Shown: piece by piece, positions 1 through 11,896 of the stretch | Layout: every line of letters starts with the position of its first letter | Position numbering within the stretch: position 1 is the stretch's first letter | Assembly (NCBI GenBank): GCA_010909165.1 | Contig: VJWM01000193.1 | Location: 1 to 64,000 of the forward strand | Length of the DNA stretch: 64,000 bases | DNA from: Anthoceros angustus | Taxonomy: Eukaryota; Plantae; Anthocerotophyta | Direction: 5' to 3' | Position numbers and translations under genes: made by a program | The notes under the pieces: model-generated | What the model was told of the DNA's origin: nothing | Seen by the model: only the letters and a program-made list of their open reading frames with translations | Databases searched by the model: none

Positions 1-3000
1 GCCCCTCACGGAAAGTCGCGACCTCGCGGTCTTGGGTGTGCCCTTCTCCCGATTCTCCGGTGGTAGTCCTCCGCCACTAGGGTTGTAAATTCCCCACAGT
101 ACGTCCGTTTCTCGGCCACCGTGGTGGAACTAGCCACCACCCCACTTGACTACTCAAGCGTGGCATATTGTGAGCATCCCTAGCATATATAGACACCTTT
201 TATTCTAAAATTCCCAATACCCAAGGACTCTATTTCTACCCCACCCCTCACGGGTCAAACCTAAGGTCGAAAAATTATTATTATCTCCAAGGGCCAAGGA
301 CCATTCCGTATAAAAGACGACTCGGATGATTCTCAAAGCACACTGCTATTCTAACACATCCAAAACAAAAAAAATCGTTCATCGACACTTGGGAGGCGGG
401 GTTAGTGCACATGTGGTCTCCACATGTGCACTACCAACTACTCCCTCCGGAACCTTTCCCTTCCCAATGAACTCTCCTCGCCCCACGGCCACACAGACCC
501 CTTTTCCCTTGGGCCACATGACCCTCCTTGGGCCACATGACCCTCTCCTCATGGGATGAACACACTGTGGCAGCAGCTTGGAAAGAGGATCGTGAAGAAA
601 ACCCCCCATGCTTTTCGCCCAGCCTCCGCCTCACCAGTCTGCAATCCTACCTCTTTTTCGGCCACGCTACCTCCCACTCCTGTGCGTGAGCTTGGCCACC
701 CGCCTCGACCATCCGTAGATCTTCCCGCCTTCAGTGACCAAGACGTGGCGCTCAACCCGCTTGATGCCGACTTGACGCTCCAATCAACCCCACTCGACGT
801 TCGATACACGGAAGTTCACACCAAATCGTCTGCTTGAGAGACACCCAGGGTCTCTATACATCCGGCCGTGGTCCAACACACCTACTTTAGTGTCTAAAAT
901 TGTAGCTCTACCACGAGCGCCTTACCAATCTAACACAAATTCTACGGCCGATGGAACTCCTATCCCTCAAAAGGAAACCCCGGTCCTAGGCTATCGCGAC
1001 TCTAAATCAGCGCCGCCGCCTCCGCTGACACGCCTCGCCCCACGGCCCACGGGGACCCCTCTCGGCCTACCGCCCGATCCGAGCGATTTTCCCCACAACC
1101 TCCACCTCACTCACCGCCTGAGTTTCCGCGCCTTCCCGCTGGACGCTGCCTGCGGGCCTCTATATCCGCTGTTGTCCCGCCTCCTCCTCGCCGGACAACC
1201 ATACTGCAGTGCTCCTCCTCCATGCTCGGCTCGCGCCTCGCCTATATCTCTTCCAAAGACCACTTGCGTGGAGGATAGCGCCCGCCCTACTCGAAGGAAC
1301 CATCGTAAACGCCTGTGGCGGTCAAGATGCACCAAGAGCCTCGCCTCCCGCCCCAACAACCACATACACGCTAGAGTGAGCACCCGCCACCATGCAGTGG
1401 CTGTGACATGAGCATCCTCATCCGGACAGTAGCACAATACGCCTTCCGATACGAGGTCCTTACCCTCTCCTCCCGTGGACAATCCTCGGGCCGCTTGATT
1501 CTCCAGGGATCTCCCTCCATCTGCGACACTCCTGCCGGTGACTTCCCCATTCACCTTGTGTTTTGGTGTGTGGGTTTCTAAAGCGATTGGGACACCAAGT
1601 GCGATTACACAATACATTTAGGTTCCTAGTTCGCCACGGACATGTATGGATTGGTTGGTTTCACGTTATGTGCTATGCACCATTTGCACGGAAGCCTTTC
1701 TATGCCACGCCACCCTAGTGGCGTATGTCGGGCAAGATACCTCTCCAATGCACACACACCTACAAGCACGGTGTTTGCAACCTAGCTAAACCCAAATAGC
1801 AAAACATCGCTGAAAATACTCTAGCTTCACTTCCTTTAGACTCGTCCATCTCGGGGTTTGGTGATCCAACCCGAGTTCTCGATCACCTTGCGAACTCCAC
1901 CTTAAAACACAAAATCTACAAGAACTCCATGCCTAATCACTTCACTCTCGCAAGAGATTGGCCGTCTTCGTGGAAAGCACACATGTCAAAACCATTCTTC
2001 CCAGGCAAGTCCCTTCTGCGCCCTTGTCTTGATCTCTCAAACCGGTTGGTCACCGCCAATAGGACCTTCAACATGTGAGTCACCAACCTCTTGCTAGTCA
2101 ATGTCCCACCCATGCCTCCCAGACTCGGAGGTCATGAAGCGTTATCCGGGACATGGGAAGATGAAGCGCACAAGCGGTTGGATCTCTCGGCAAGAACGCC
2201 GGTGAGCGGATAGTCTTCACCGGATGTCTCGAGACCCGTCCAGTAGCATCCGTCGTCATCCTCCTTGCTACAACCCAACTGCGATACCGGCCGGTCCACA
2301 CCGGTTGTAATGACAACGAAACCCCTTTGATAGTCTATTAAAACCCACGTCTACTATTCACCACTCCAAGTCCGCTACTCGCACATGTACATGTGCGGGG
2401 TTGATACCACTTCTTGGGGCATTAAATCGCACCACGACACGAAATGACGCGCACGAGTTCGGGTTGGGCAGCAAACCAAGTGTAGTTTGAACGCGTTTGG
2501 GTCATCCATTATTCTTGGCATGAACCACCACTAAACCCAAAGGGTCTCTTATACATCCGTGGTCCAACACACCACTTCTTTAGTGTCTAAAATTGTAGCT
2601 CCTACCACGAGCGCCTTACCAATCTAAGCAACAAATTTACTACCGATGGAACTCCCTATCCCTCGTCAAAAGGAAACCCGGTCCTAGGCTATCGCGACTT
2701 CTAAAATCACTGGCCCTGATTGCCGCCCGCCACGGCCCATGGGGACCCCTCTCGCCGCCTCGCCTCGATCCGAGCGATTTTCCCCACAACCTCCACCTCA
2801 CCTCACCGCCTCGAGTTTCGCGCCTTCCCGGACGCTATGCCTGTGGCCTATATCCATTGTCCCGCCTCCTCCTCGCTGACAACCATACTGCTGCTCCTCC
2901 TCCATGCTCGCTCGCGCCTCGCTATCTCTTCCAAAGACCACTTATGGAGGATAGGCGCCCGCCCTACTCGGAAGGAACCATCGTAAACGCCTGGCGGCCA

Positions 3001-4620
3001 AGATGCAGCCAAGTTTCGCCTCCCGCCCCAACAACCACATACACGCTAGAGTGAGCACCACACCATGCAGTGCGGCCGGGACATGAGCATCCTCATCCGG
3101 ACGTGAAAGCACAATACGCCTTCCGACAGAGGTCCTTACCTCTCCTCCCGTGGACAATCTCGGGCCGGCCGCTGATTCTCCAGGATCTGCCCTCCATCTC
3201 GCGACACTCCGGTGACTTCCCCACCTCGCCTCGCTCCACGACGGAGCCGGTTTAGCCACCGTGGGTTGCTTCCCACGGTGGTTGCTCCTGCCGTTCGCCT
3301 TCTTCTGCTTGGCCACCTCTCTGACTGCCCTAGCTGCCTCTCTTTCCCGCTTGTACCTCCGCCACTCTTGAATTTCCAAGGGCGCCATCGCCCACCGCCT
3401 CTGACTCGCGAGACCTCATCCCAAGTTTCTTCAATTGTAGCATGCGCCTTGACCTCGATTTACTAAAGCTTCCCGCCGAGTGGACATGTCCCTTAATCGC
3501 CTCTGCCTTTTGTATAAGGCCGCTGCGACCTGCCGCTTCTGGCCCGCTTCCAGCTTTCCAACTTCTCCTGAGCAACTTCTCCTGCTGGCCTTGCACACTC
3601 ACCCAAGTGAGAGCCATGGTCGCTTGATCGAGGAGATCCGCTCATGCCTCTGCAGGCTATGGTCAAGTCAAACTCGCAAATCCCCAAATTGGCTGTCCTT
3701 TGCCCATCCGCCCACACAACAATTCGATGAAGCGGTGTCTCCTATCCCCACCTCACCGGACTCGTTGAAATGTCGCCAAAATGTCCCGGAGTCTGCTATG
3801 TCTTGGCCACTGGTTAACCCTCCTCCCTAGGGGTTGGTCGCCACCGCCTCTTCCCCGCTTCATTCTCTAGCGGCAGATTCATCCTCGCACACTGGAGGGA
3901 GCAACTTGCCATTTCCCCTTTGGCAGCCCTTCCAACGCGAAACGCAAGAATGGATCCAAGGTCCTGGACAATTCAGAGTATACTGCAGGTTTATGGATGA
4001 CCTATGGAAGAGGAGGACAAGATTGTGATAGTGAAAAAGGCTAAGGGTGGGAAGAAGGTGGCTCCTATTTAACTTCCAGAGGAGGCATTGACTGTGGAAG
4101 TCGAAGCCGGGCAGTTAGGGCTACTTCTCGGGCTGCATCAAAGACGACCCCATCTTCGTGGGCGGCAGTGGACGGTGGAGCTGCAGGCCAGGTAGAATCG
4201 GCCTAGGTAGCTAGGAGGTTAGCGGAGACTAGGGCGTGGTGGAGGAAGAGAGGCGCCAGGCGGCCGAGTGGGATGCGAGGTCCGCTCTCCAGGACCGAGC
4301 TAAGGTCACAGGTGAACAGCTCGGCGGCCTTGATAGGCCTAGGGTCGGCAGGCCCCGAGCCATGAATGGCAAGCAAAGCGGCGGAGAAGGCGCGGGCGAC
4401 GAAGGAGGTCGCACGGCGGGTAGCGGAGGAAGCCCAAACAACCATGGAGTCCGCCCGGTAGGGGGGACGGGAGACCCTGGAAGCCCAACTCAAGGCCGGA
4501 AAGGACAGGGAGGAGAAGAACCGGGCGGACCGAGATTACTACCGCCGGGACCGGAACCGGCTGAGGGAGGAAGCAGGGGTAGCCAAAGCTAGAATGCAGT
4601 GAATGGACATTGTACCTTTT
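1..4620. mobile_element. Degenerate transposable-element-like region, family unresolved (possibly non-LTR retrotransposon remnants)
   Basis: No intact ORF. Contains a ~700 bp internal duplication with many indels. A minus-strand stretch near 1800-1835 reads EVKLEYFQRCF, followed by Cys/His-rich text loosely like a LINE ORF1 zinc knuckle. Confidence 0.35.
843..3223 (+). repeat. Direct duplication of ~700 bp (843-1549 and 2535-3223)
   Basis: Both copies run from ...gggtctc(t)tatacatccg...gtggtccaacacacc...tagtgtctaaaattgtagct to ...ccggtgacttcccca and differ mostly by 1-3 bp indels. Confidence 0.9.
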
Positions 4621-5459
4621 AGTTTAAATTAAGTGTTCTTTTTTTATGTATAAGCAACTTACTTCTTTCTTGATATATAATGTAATTATTTTTAAATAAT
4701 TAATTGACCTACATAATCCCTCTAAATCGTCAAGTGTAATGGGCTGCGAAATCGGCCTTCTTTTTTCTATCATGCTCACAGCTTCAAAGTAGGTCGAGAA
4801 CGCCTGTGCCCACTCTTGTAGCTTGCTCGACATTCGTCGGCTCACGCGTTTCGCATGCAGGCACTCCAAGTCTTCTTTACCCGAGCTAGCTTAACTACTG
4901 GATTGGTTAGTGACTGATGGGGGTTAGGTTAATGTGCTCAGTCTAACCTCTAGTTCTAACCCTAATTCCGTCCTCTAGCTCTAGTGGCGATGGCGTTGGA
5001 TGCCGTACGCGTGCATGCCTGCCCTGCTGCGCCCATTGCTCGTATGCCAGTAGCCTCATCTGGACGCTGGTCAGGTGTCCAGTTCTTCTCGTTGAGCTGC
5101 TCCTCAGCTCGCTGGCTCACAGCGATAGCCGGTCGTGGCAGGATCCCAGGATTGACAACGACCTGAAGGGAAGAGACAAAAAGCAAAATGCTAGCCTCGA
5201 TCTCAAACAGCATTAGCAACAGAAGGCCTCGCATCATATCCGATGCCAAAAACCACCCAACATGAGTACTACTGCTGCTAGAGAACCTCACGGTGCATAG
5301 GGTGATGTGATGTTGAGACAAGCCGAAGGCATCACTCCCTTAACAGGTTGCACGACAGCAGCTCAGTTGTTTGGAGGAGTTTTCCAGCGACGGTCGTTGC
5401 CTCCTGAGAAGCAGGACCATTGATGGCAACAATTTTTCGCCATTGAATTACTAAGAAGC

Positions 5460-5790
5460 CACTGCAGGCCTGTGCAGGCACTGCCGCCTTACAGAAGGGC
5501 AGGCAGCGGCACTCACAGATTGTGGAAAGAGGACTGCTGGATGACGTAGTGGTGGGCACCTGCCTGGTGGACATGTATGCAAAATGTGGTGAACTGAAAG
5601 ATGCACCATGGGTTTTTGACAGGATGGCCTCCAAGAATATGGAATCATGAGCGGCACTGATTGCTGGGTATGTGCAGCAAGGGCTGAGCAAGAGGCATTT
5701 GTGGTGTATGGACAAATGGAGCCGGAGGCCCTGATTGTAGCCCCTTACAGAAGGGCAGGCAGCTGCACTCATAGATTGTGGGCAACTACC
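5460..5790 (+). pseudogene. PLS-type PPR gene fragment
   Basis: Manual translation gives LQACAGTAALQKGRQRHSQIVERGLLDDVVVGTCLVDMYAKCGELKDAPWVFDRMASKNMES*AALIAGYVQQG (L-S-P motifs with an in-frame stop). Confidence 0.85.
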
Positions 5791-6029
5791 GTGTGGAGCC
5801 TGCTGTACAGGCGCTTCGGGGCAAGATTCCCGAGTTCCAGGGTAGCATGTCCGGGCGCTGGTCTTCACGTCTTACAAAGGTGTCTTTGAGAGCAGCCTTT
5901 CCCAAATCTATGGTTTTACTTGGAATGGTTGCGTTTGTTTCAGGGTTTCAGGTTGAACGTATTCACTTGTCCTTGGAAGCATCAAATTCCAGGTCCACAA
6001 CCGGGCAATGGCATCCAGTAGTTTAGAGA

Positions 6030-6180
6030 CCAGGTGCTGGACGACATGCTGAGACAGTGAAGATGGGAGGAGATGCTTCCCTTGCTGGAGTTTGCGTACA
6101 ACACCTCCCGTCATGCTGCCACCGGCGTTACTCCCCACAAGCTCCTTTATGGCGAGACTCCTCCACCACCTGGCCTTTGG
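6030..6180 (+). mobile_element. Ty3/gypsy integrase core fragment (second copy at ~10040-10190)
   Basis: QVLDDMLRQ*RWEEMLPLLEFAYNTSRHAATGVTPHKLLYG matches the gypsy integrase W...LP..EFAYN.S.H..TG.TP..L.YG motif. Confidence 0.85.
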
Positions 6181-6389
6181 CCATCGAAGGTCTCTAAACT
6201 AGAGAAGCAAAACCAGGTATTGGACGATGCACAGCAAGGACCTGGCCAAGAGGCGGTTGTTCTGATGTAAAGATGGAGGCAGAATGCCTCATTTCGGCTG
6301 ACCATGCTACTTTTGCTTGCCTTATGAGGGATTGTGTGAGCACTGGTGCCAACTCGAGTTGCGAGCTACGATGCACTCACTGATCCTGA

Positions 6390-6740
6390 ATGCACTTCTT
6401 CCATGTGAGGTGTGCTGTTTGTTTGACCTATTCATTGGGCCGTCTGAAACATTCCAGATGACGGGATGGCCGTCCTGCGCATATCCTTGGGCCAGTTTGG
6501 ACCACAAGCCGTTCAGAATCGTTCTTGTGGTGAAATGGACAAGCCCCGATATCTGGGTTTGCACTTCTTCCACGTGAGGTGTCATGTTTGTTTGACCTAC
6601 TCATTGGGCAGTCTGTAACATTCCAGATGACGGGATGGCTGTCCTGCGCATATCCTTGGGCACCAGATTGGACCACAAGCTGCTTCGGAATCGTCCTTGT
6701 GGTGACATGGAAAAGCCCTGAAATCTGGGTATGCAAAATG
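6390..6740 (-). pseudogene. Tandem ~170 bp PPR-derived fragments on the minus strand (further copies at ~9415-9530 and 10400-10750)
   Basis: LWSKLAQGYAQDGHP..(fs)LECFRRPNE and its near-copy VVQSGAQGYAQDSHP resemble P-motif halves. Confidence 0.6.
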
Positions 6741-7189
6741 TCATGAACTGGAAGATGCACGCATGGTTTTGACAGCACGGCCAGACGAGAGGCGGGGACA
6801 TGGAATGCCCAGGATACCTGGGTATGCAAAGCGGGATGAACTGAAAGAGGCATGCCAGGTTTAGGCAATGCCGAGCATCGATTCTCAGAAATGGACTCAG
6901 GAAGTGGATTAAGATGAACGTACTAGTTTATACCGGGAGATTTTGTGCCTTCTTTATTGTCACCTGCTTTCATATTCCCCGACCATGGTGTGAGGGATAA
7001 GTGAACCTCAGCAGAATCTAGAGAGAGTGTAAGTGTGCCTATGTCATGGACTCTGCGCCCCTGTATCTGCGCCTCCTCCCCTGCCTCACCCTCGCCGGGG
7101 CCCTGGAGGCGGAAGCCTCTTGGGGGATTAGCAGATCAATCCAAAACCAACCCTCTTCGGTGATCGGAGGAGTCCTCCACCATCACTAC

Positions 7190-9410
7190 TTCTTGATTAC
7201 GGACATATGGATCGATTTCCCAGACCCCAGTTGGCCACCACATTCTGGCGAGGCGGTACTTAACCTAGATGGAGCAATTCGTGATGGTGGTGTTCGTGCA
7301 TTTCCTAGTGTCCCTGTCCCCAGTGTGTCAAGCCCCCGAAATGATGAAAACTGCAGGGAAGAACCCGTCCCGCATGGTGAAGAAGCATGGTTGTGCAGTG
7401 GCGGAGTTGTTAACATCAAAGAACCCTGCACTCTTTCCAGCCGCCTTCCTAGTCCATCTAAAACTATCATCATCATAAAATTCAGCACCCCATTCCTCCA
7501 ACTGTATATGGTCTTGACCATGTTAGAGGACACACTCATAGCACTAGAAGCCCATCCCTTTGCCCTCAACCACGCAGGGAACCTCCAAGCCACAAGATCG
7601 GAGCATACGGACCGCTCTCCCTCAAATCTTTGGTAGAGGCAAAAGTCGTGGTAGGAGTGTCCACAAGGAAGAACTGAAAAATTATGTGCACCATACCACC
7701 TGCACAAGTTAAGGTTACTTCAAGTGGTCAGCTTTCACTTCACTCACATTACATTTGATTAAGCTCCACTTCAACCTAGACCACTACAGACAGGCACCAT
7801 GACAGCTGCCTCCACTTGAACAAAGCACCATAAACAGTGCAGCACCATCAAGTGGAAGGTGCTCCAAAGCACCATACAAAGTGCAGCTACATAAGGAGCA
7901 CCATCAAGTGGATGGTGCCGCAAGTGGATGGTGCCATATTACGTGCATCACCATAATTACCACCTCACTTGGAGCACCATCCACTTGAACACACTGCACC
8001 AATATCAGCGTACACGAAAACTAGTGGCTCACTTGAGCACCATCCACTTCATATGAACCCTTGATGAACGCAATGATAAGCACACACACCACCTAACCAC
8101 CTACCCCCAACCACCTAACCACGATTCGATTTAAGTGCACTCTACACATGATGTAACTTGCAAAAATTCAAATTTAAGAGGAAGACCATTGAAGGAAAAG
8201 TGGTGATGTCACTCTTCATCACCCAACATTGAGCGTGAACACACACAGTACATAAGGGACAGCATTGACTTCACCTCCATACCACCTCTGATCAAGAGGG
8301 GCTTCAATCCAAGGTGGCCAAGAGGCCTGGTCGCCTCATCAAGGAAGACAATTCACGGTGTCGCCATGTCTTGCTCATGCAGCGTCACCCCTTTTCTCCA
8401 TATCTCCACACACTCCTTAGCCTCGTGCAGTTTCTGCTGCCAGGTGGCAAGTTCAGACACCAACCCCTCCTCCCTTTCAACCAAAGAACGCAATTGTGTT
8501 GTCTTCACCTCTTTGCTGGTTGATGCAGCTCTCAGCTCATACTTCTCCAAAGCCAAGTCTCCCAGACCTTTTTTCAGCTTGTCAACTTCCTCACATACCT
8601 CCAAGAGCACTTTCTCTTCGAGCTTCACCTGCTCTGTAACAACAACAAGATCCTCTAGAGCAGTTTCCAAGAAGGTGCCATGACGTCTAGACATAGGCCA
8701 AGTCCGTGACTTGCTCTCAGGGCCACCCCCGCTGTCTGTGCCATGTACGAATGGTTCAGCCACCACCTCATGAGAAGTGGACTCCACGGATCTTTAGTCG
8801 CATTGGTTTCCACCGGCACCTTTGTTTGTAGCTCTTCCTTGGCCGAATGGGCTTTTTGAATCTGCTCTCCGGAGATGCTAGCACCTTGGACTCCCGAGCA
8901 TGAGGCGTGTCCTGGCTAATACTCTCCTCACGGGAAGATCCCTTGTGCTTGACACCCATCCGCAAACATATGAACCTCGGATCCCTTTTGTCCTCCACTA
9001 CAACATCCTCACATTGCGCTTCTTTTTCGATGTTTACGCTCTTGAACCACACCCCACCGAAGGGCCTTTGTTGTCTTGTCATAAGTGAACCAATCAATGG
9101 AAACACCTTTCAACTTCTCCACAAGAACTCCAAGTGCCATCTTCCTAGGAATGAACTTCTTCCCTCGGAGGGCCCGGTATACGATAACACAAATCATCAA
9201 TGTTTTCCCACTCGCCTTTGAAATCACCTTGCAACAGCGTTTGAGACCACTTGAACCCTTCGTTCTTCCCATTCGGCCCAAACACACTAACAATAAACTC
9301 GTCACCACCAATCGAGTCCTTGAGAATATCGATTACGAAATATCCCTAACATTAAAACCAACACGAGTGTGCCATCTCCTTCTTTCCGGTCCCGAGACAT
9401 TCACAGCTTT
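7190..9410 (-). mobile_element. Degenerate TE-like gene: plant-mobile-domain-like N-terminus, coiled coil and RING-finger remnant
   Basis: Minus strand reads ...KKFIPRKMALGVLVEKLKGVSIDWFTY (9009-9311), a Glu/Lys-rich coiled coil (8353-8787) and FSVLPCGHSYHDFCLY (RING-like CxH..H..C, ~7635-7680). Broken by stops. Confidence 0.45.
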
Positions 9411-11289
9411 CCTTGCAACTTCTTCCACGTGAGGTGTCATGTTTGTTTGACCTATTCATTGGGCCGTCTGAAACATTCCAGATGACGGGATGGCTGTCCT
9501 GCGCATATCCTTGGGCCAGTTTGGACCACAAGCTCCTCTTCAAAGACAGCCATCTTGTCGGCTATGCGATCCAAGGCGAAAGCGAGTCGTCGGCCGGATC
9601 GCAAATGTGGTGAACTGAAAGATGCACCATGGTTTTGACAGGATGGCCTCCAAGAATATGGAATCATGAGCGGCACTGATTGCTGGGTATGTGCAGCAAG
9701 GGCTGAGCAAGAGGCATTTGTGGTGTATGGACAAATGGAGCCGGAGGCCCTGATTGTAGCCTTACAGAAGGGCAGGCTGCACTCATAGATTGTGGGCAAC
9801 TACCGTGTGGAGCCTGCTGTACAGGCGCTTCAGGGCAAGATTCCCCGAGTTCCAGGGTAGCATGTCCGGGCGCTGGTCTTCACGTCTTACAAAGGTGTCT
9901 TTGAGAGCAGCCTTTCCCAAATCTATGGTTTTACTTGGAATGGTTGCGTTTGTTTCAGGGTTTCAGGTTGAACGTATTCACTTGTCCTTGGAAGCATCAA
10001 ATTCCAGGTCCACAACCAATGGCATCCAGTAGTTTAGAGACCAGGTGCTGGACGACATGCTGAGACAGTGAAGATGGGAGGAGATGCTTCCCTTGCTGGA
10101 GTTTGCGTACAACACCTCCCGTCATGCTGCCACCGGCGTTACTCCCCACAAGCTCCTTTATGGCGAGACTCCTCCACCACCTGGCCTTTGGCCATCGAAG
10201 GTCTCTAAACTAGAGAAGCAAAACCAGGTATTGGACGATGCACAGCAAGGACCTGGCCAAGAGGCGGTTGTTCTGATGTAAAGATGGAGGCAGAATGCCT
10301 CATTTCGGCTGACCATGCTACTTTTGCTTTTGCTATGAGGATTGTGTGAGCACTGGTGCCAACTCGAGTTGCGAGCTACGATGCACTCACTGATCCTGAA
10401 TGCACTTCTTCCATGTGAGGTGTGCTGTTTGTTTGACCTATTCATTGGGCCGTCTGAAACATTCCAGATGACGGGATGGCCGTCCTGCGCATATCCTTGG
10501 GCCAGTTTGGACCACAAGCCGTTCAGAATCGTTCTTGTGGTGAAATGGACAAGCCCCGATATCTGGGTTTGCACTTCTTCCACGTGAGGTGTCATGTTTG
10601 TTTGACCTACTCATTGGGCAGTCTGTAACATTCCAGATGACGGGATGGCTGTCCTGCGCATATCCTTGGGCACCAGATTGGACCACAAGCTGCTTCGGAA
10701 TCGTCCTTGTGGTGACATGGAAAAGCCCTGAAATCTGGGTATGCAAAATGTCATGAACTGGAAGATGCACGCATGGTTTTGACAGCACGGCCAGACGAGA
10801 GGCGGGGACATGGAATGCCCGGGATACCTGGGTATGCAAAGCGGGATGAACTGAAAGAGGCATGCCAGGTTTAGGCAATGCCGAGCATCGATTCTCAGAA
10901 ATGGACTCAGGGAAGTGGATTAAGATGAACGTACTAGTTTATACCGGGAGATTTTGTGCCTTCTTTATTGTCACCTGCTGCCCCTACATATTCCCCGACC
11001 ATGGAGTGTGAGGGATAAGTGAACCTCAGCAGAATCTAGAGAGAGTGTAAGTGTGCCTATGTCATGGACTCTGCGCCCCTGTATCTGCGCCTCCTCCCCT
11101 GCCTCACCCTCGCCGGGGCCCTGGAGGGCGGAAGCCTCTTGGGGGATTAGCGAATCCAATCCAAAACCAACCCTCTTCGGTGATCGGAGAGGGTGTTAGA
11201 CTGGATTCGCTTATCCCCAAGAGGATCTGAGCTATGTGCTGATTACTACCTGCAGTGCAATGAGGCCGCGGAAAACTTTGGGAGTTGGG

Positions 11290-11860
11290 TGCAGACAGAC
11301 TGTCGTGTCTCGCAATCTCTGTCCTCTACGGTGCTCAAGATTCGTTACCCCACAAGGATCTGGAGCTGGGACGGCGTGTGCATGCTCTGACTGTGGAAAC
11401 GGGATACGAATTGGAGACGTCCTTGTGCTACCATGTTGTGCGAATGTATCGGATACGTTCGTGTGCAACCATGTTGTGCGAATGTATGGTTCTCACGGCA
11501 GGTTGAACGACGCGATGGATGTGTTCACCATGGTTGCCAAAGCAGATGCCTTCATGAGCTCTTCCATAAGTTTTGCACAGGTTAAGCACGGGCAAGCTCA
11601 GCAGGCCATATAACTGCATCATCCGATGCGCAGGTCAAGTGTGAAGCCAGATGGCCATGTCAGGGCATGAGGCAAGAAGCTTTTGGCCTCTACAGCGCCA
11701 TGCAAGAAGAAGGCACTGTTGTACCCCAATTCTGTGACATTTGTGCCTCTTGCAGGCCTATGCAAATGTGACAGCTTTGCATTTGGCAAGGCAGCCTCAC
11801 TTCCAGATTGGAAACAAGGCCTTCCAGTTACACTAGTGCCCTGGTAGACTGGCATTCATA
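11290..11860 (+). pseudogene. PLS-type PPR pseudogene fragment
   Basis: DLELGRRVHALTVETGYELETSLCYHVVRMY and DTFVCNHVVRMYGSHGRLNDAMDVFTMVAKADAF...VKHGQAQQAI*, with frameshifts, stops and an internal duplication. Confidence 0.85.
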
Positions 11861-11896
11861 CTCTCGCGGAATATGTGGAGGAACATTATCCTGTTC

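Larger units (their letters stand above)
5579..11187 (+). repeat. Direct repeat of ~1.6 kb (5579-7167 and 9601-11187), a mosaic of PPR and integrase fragments
   Basis: Near-identical from gcaaa(a)tgtggtgaactgaaagatgcacc to ccctcttcggtgatcgg; paired ORFs recur (6073/10084, 6428/10438, 6601/10611). Confidence 0.95.

Noticed and set aside
5579-11187. LTR retrotransposon interpretation of the 1.6-kb direct repeats
   Set aside because: No TG...CA ends, TSD, PBS or PPT seen, and the first repeat starts mid-PPR motif.
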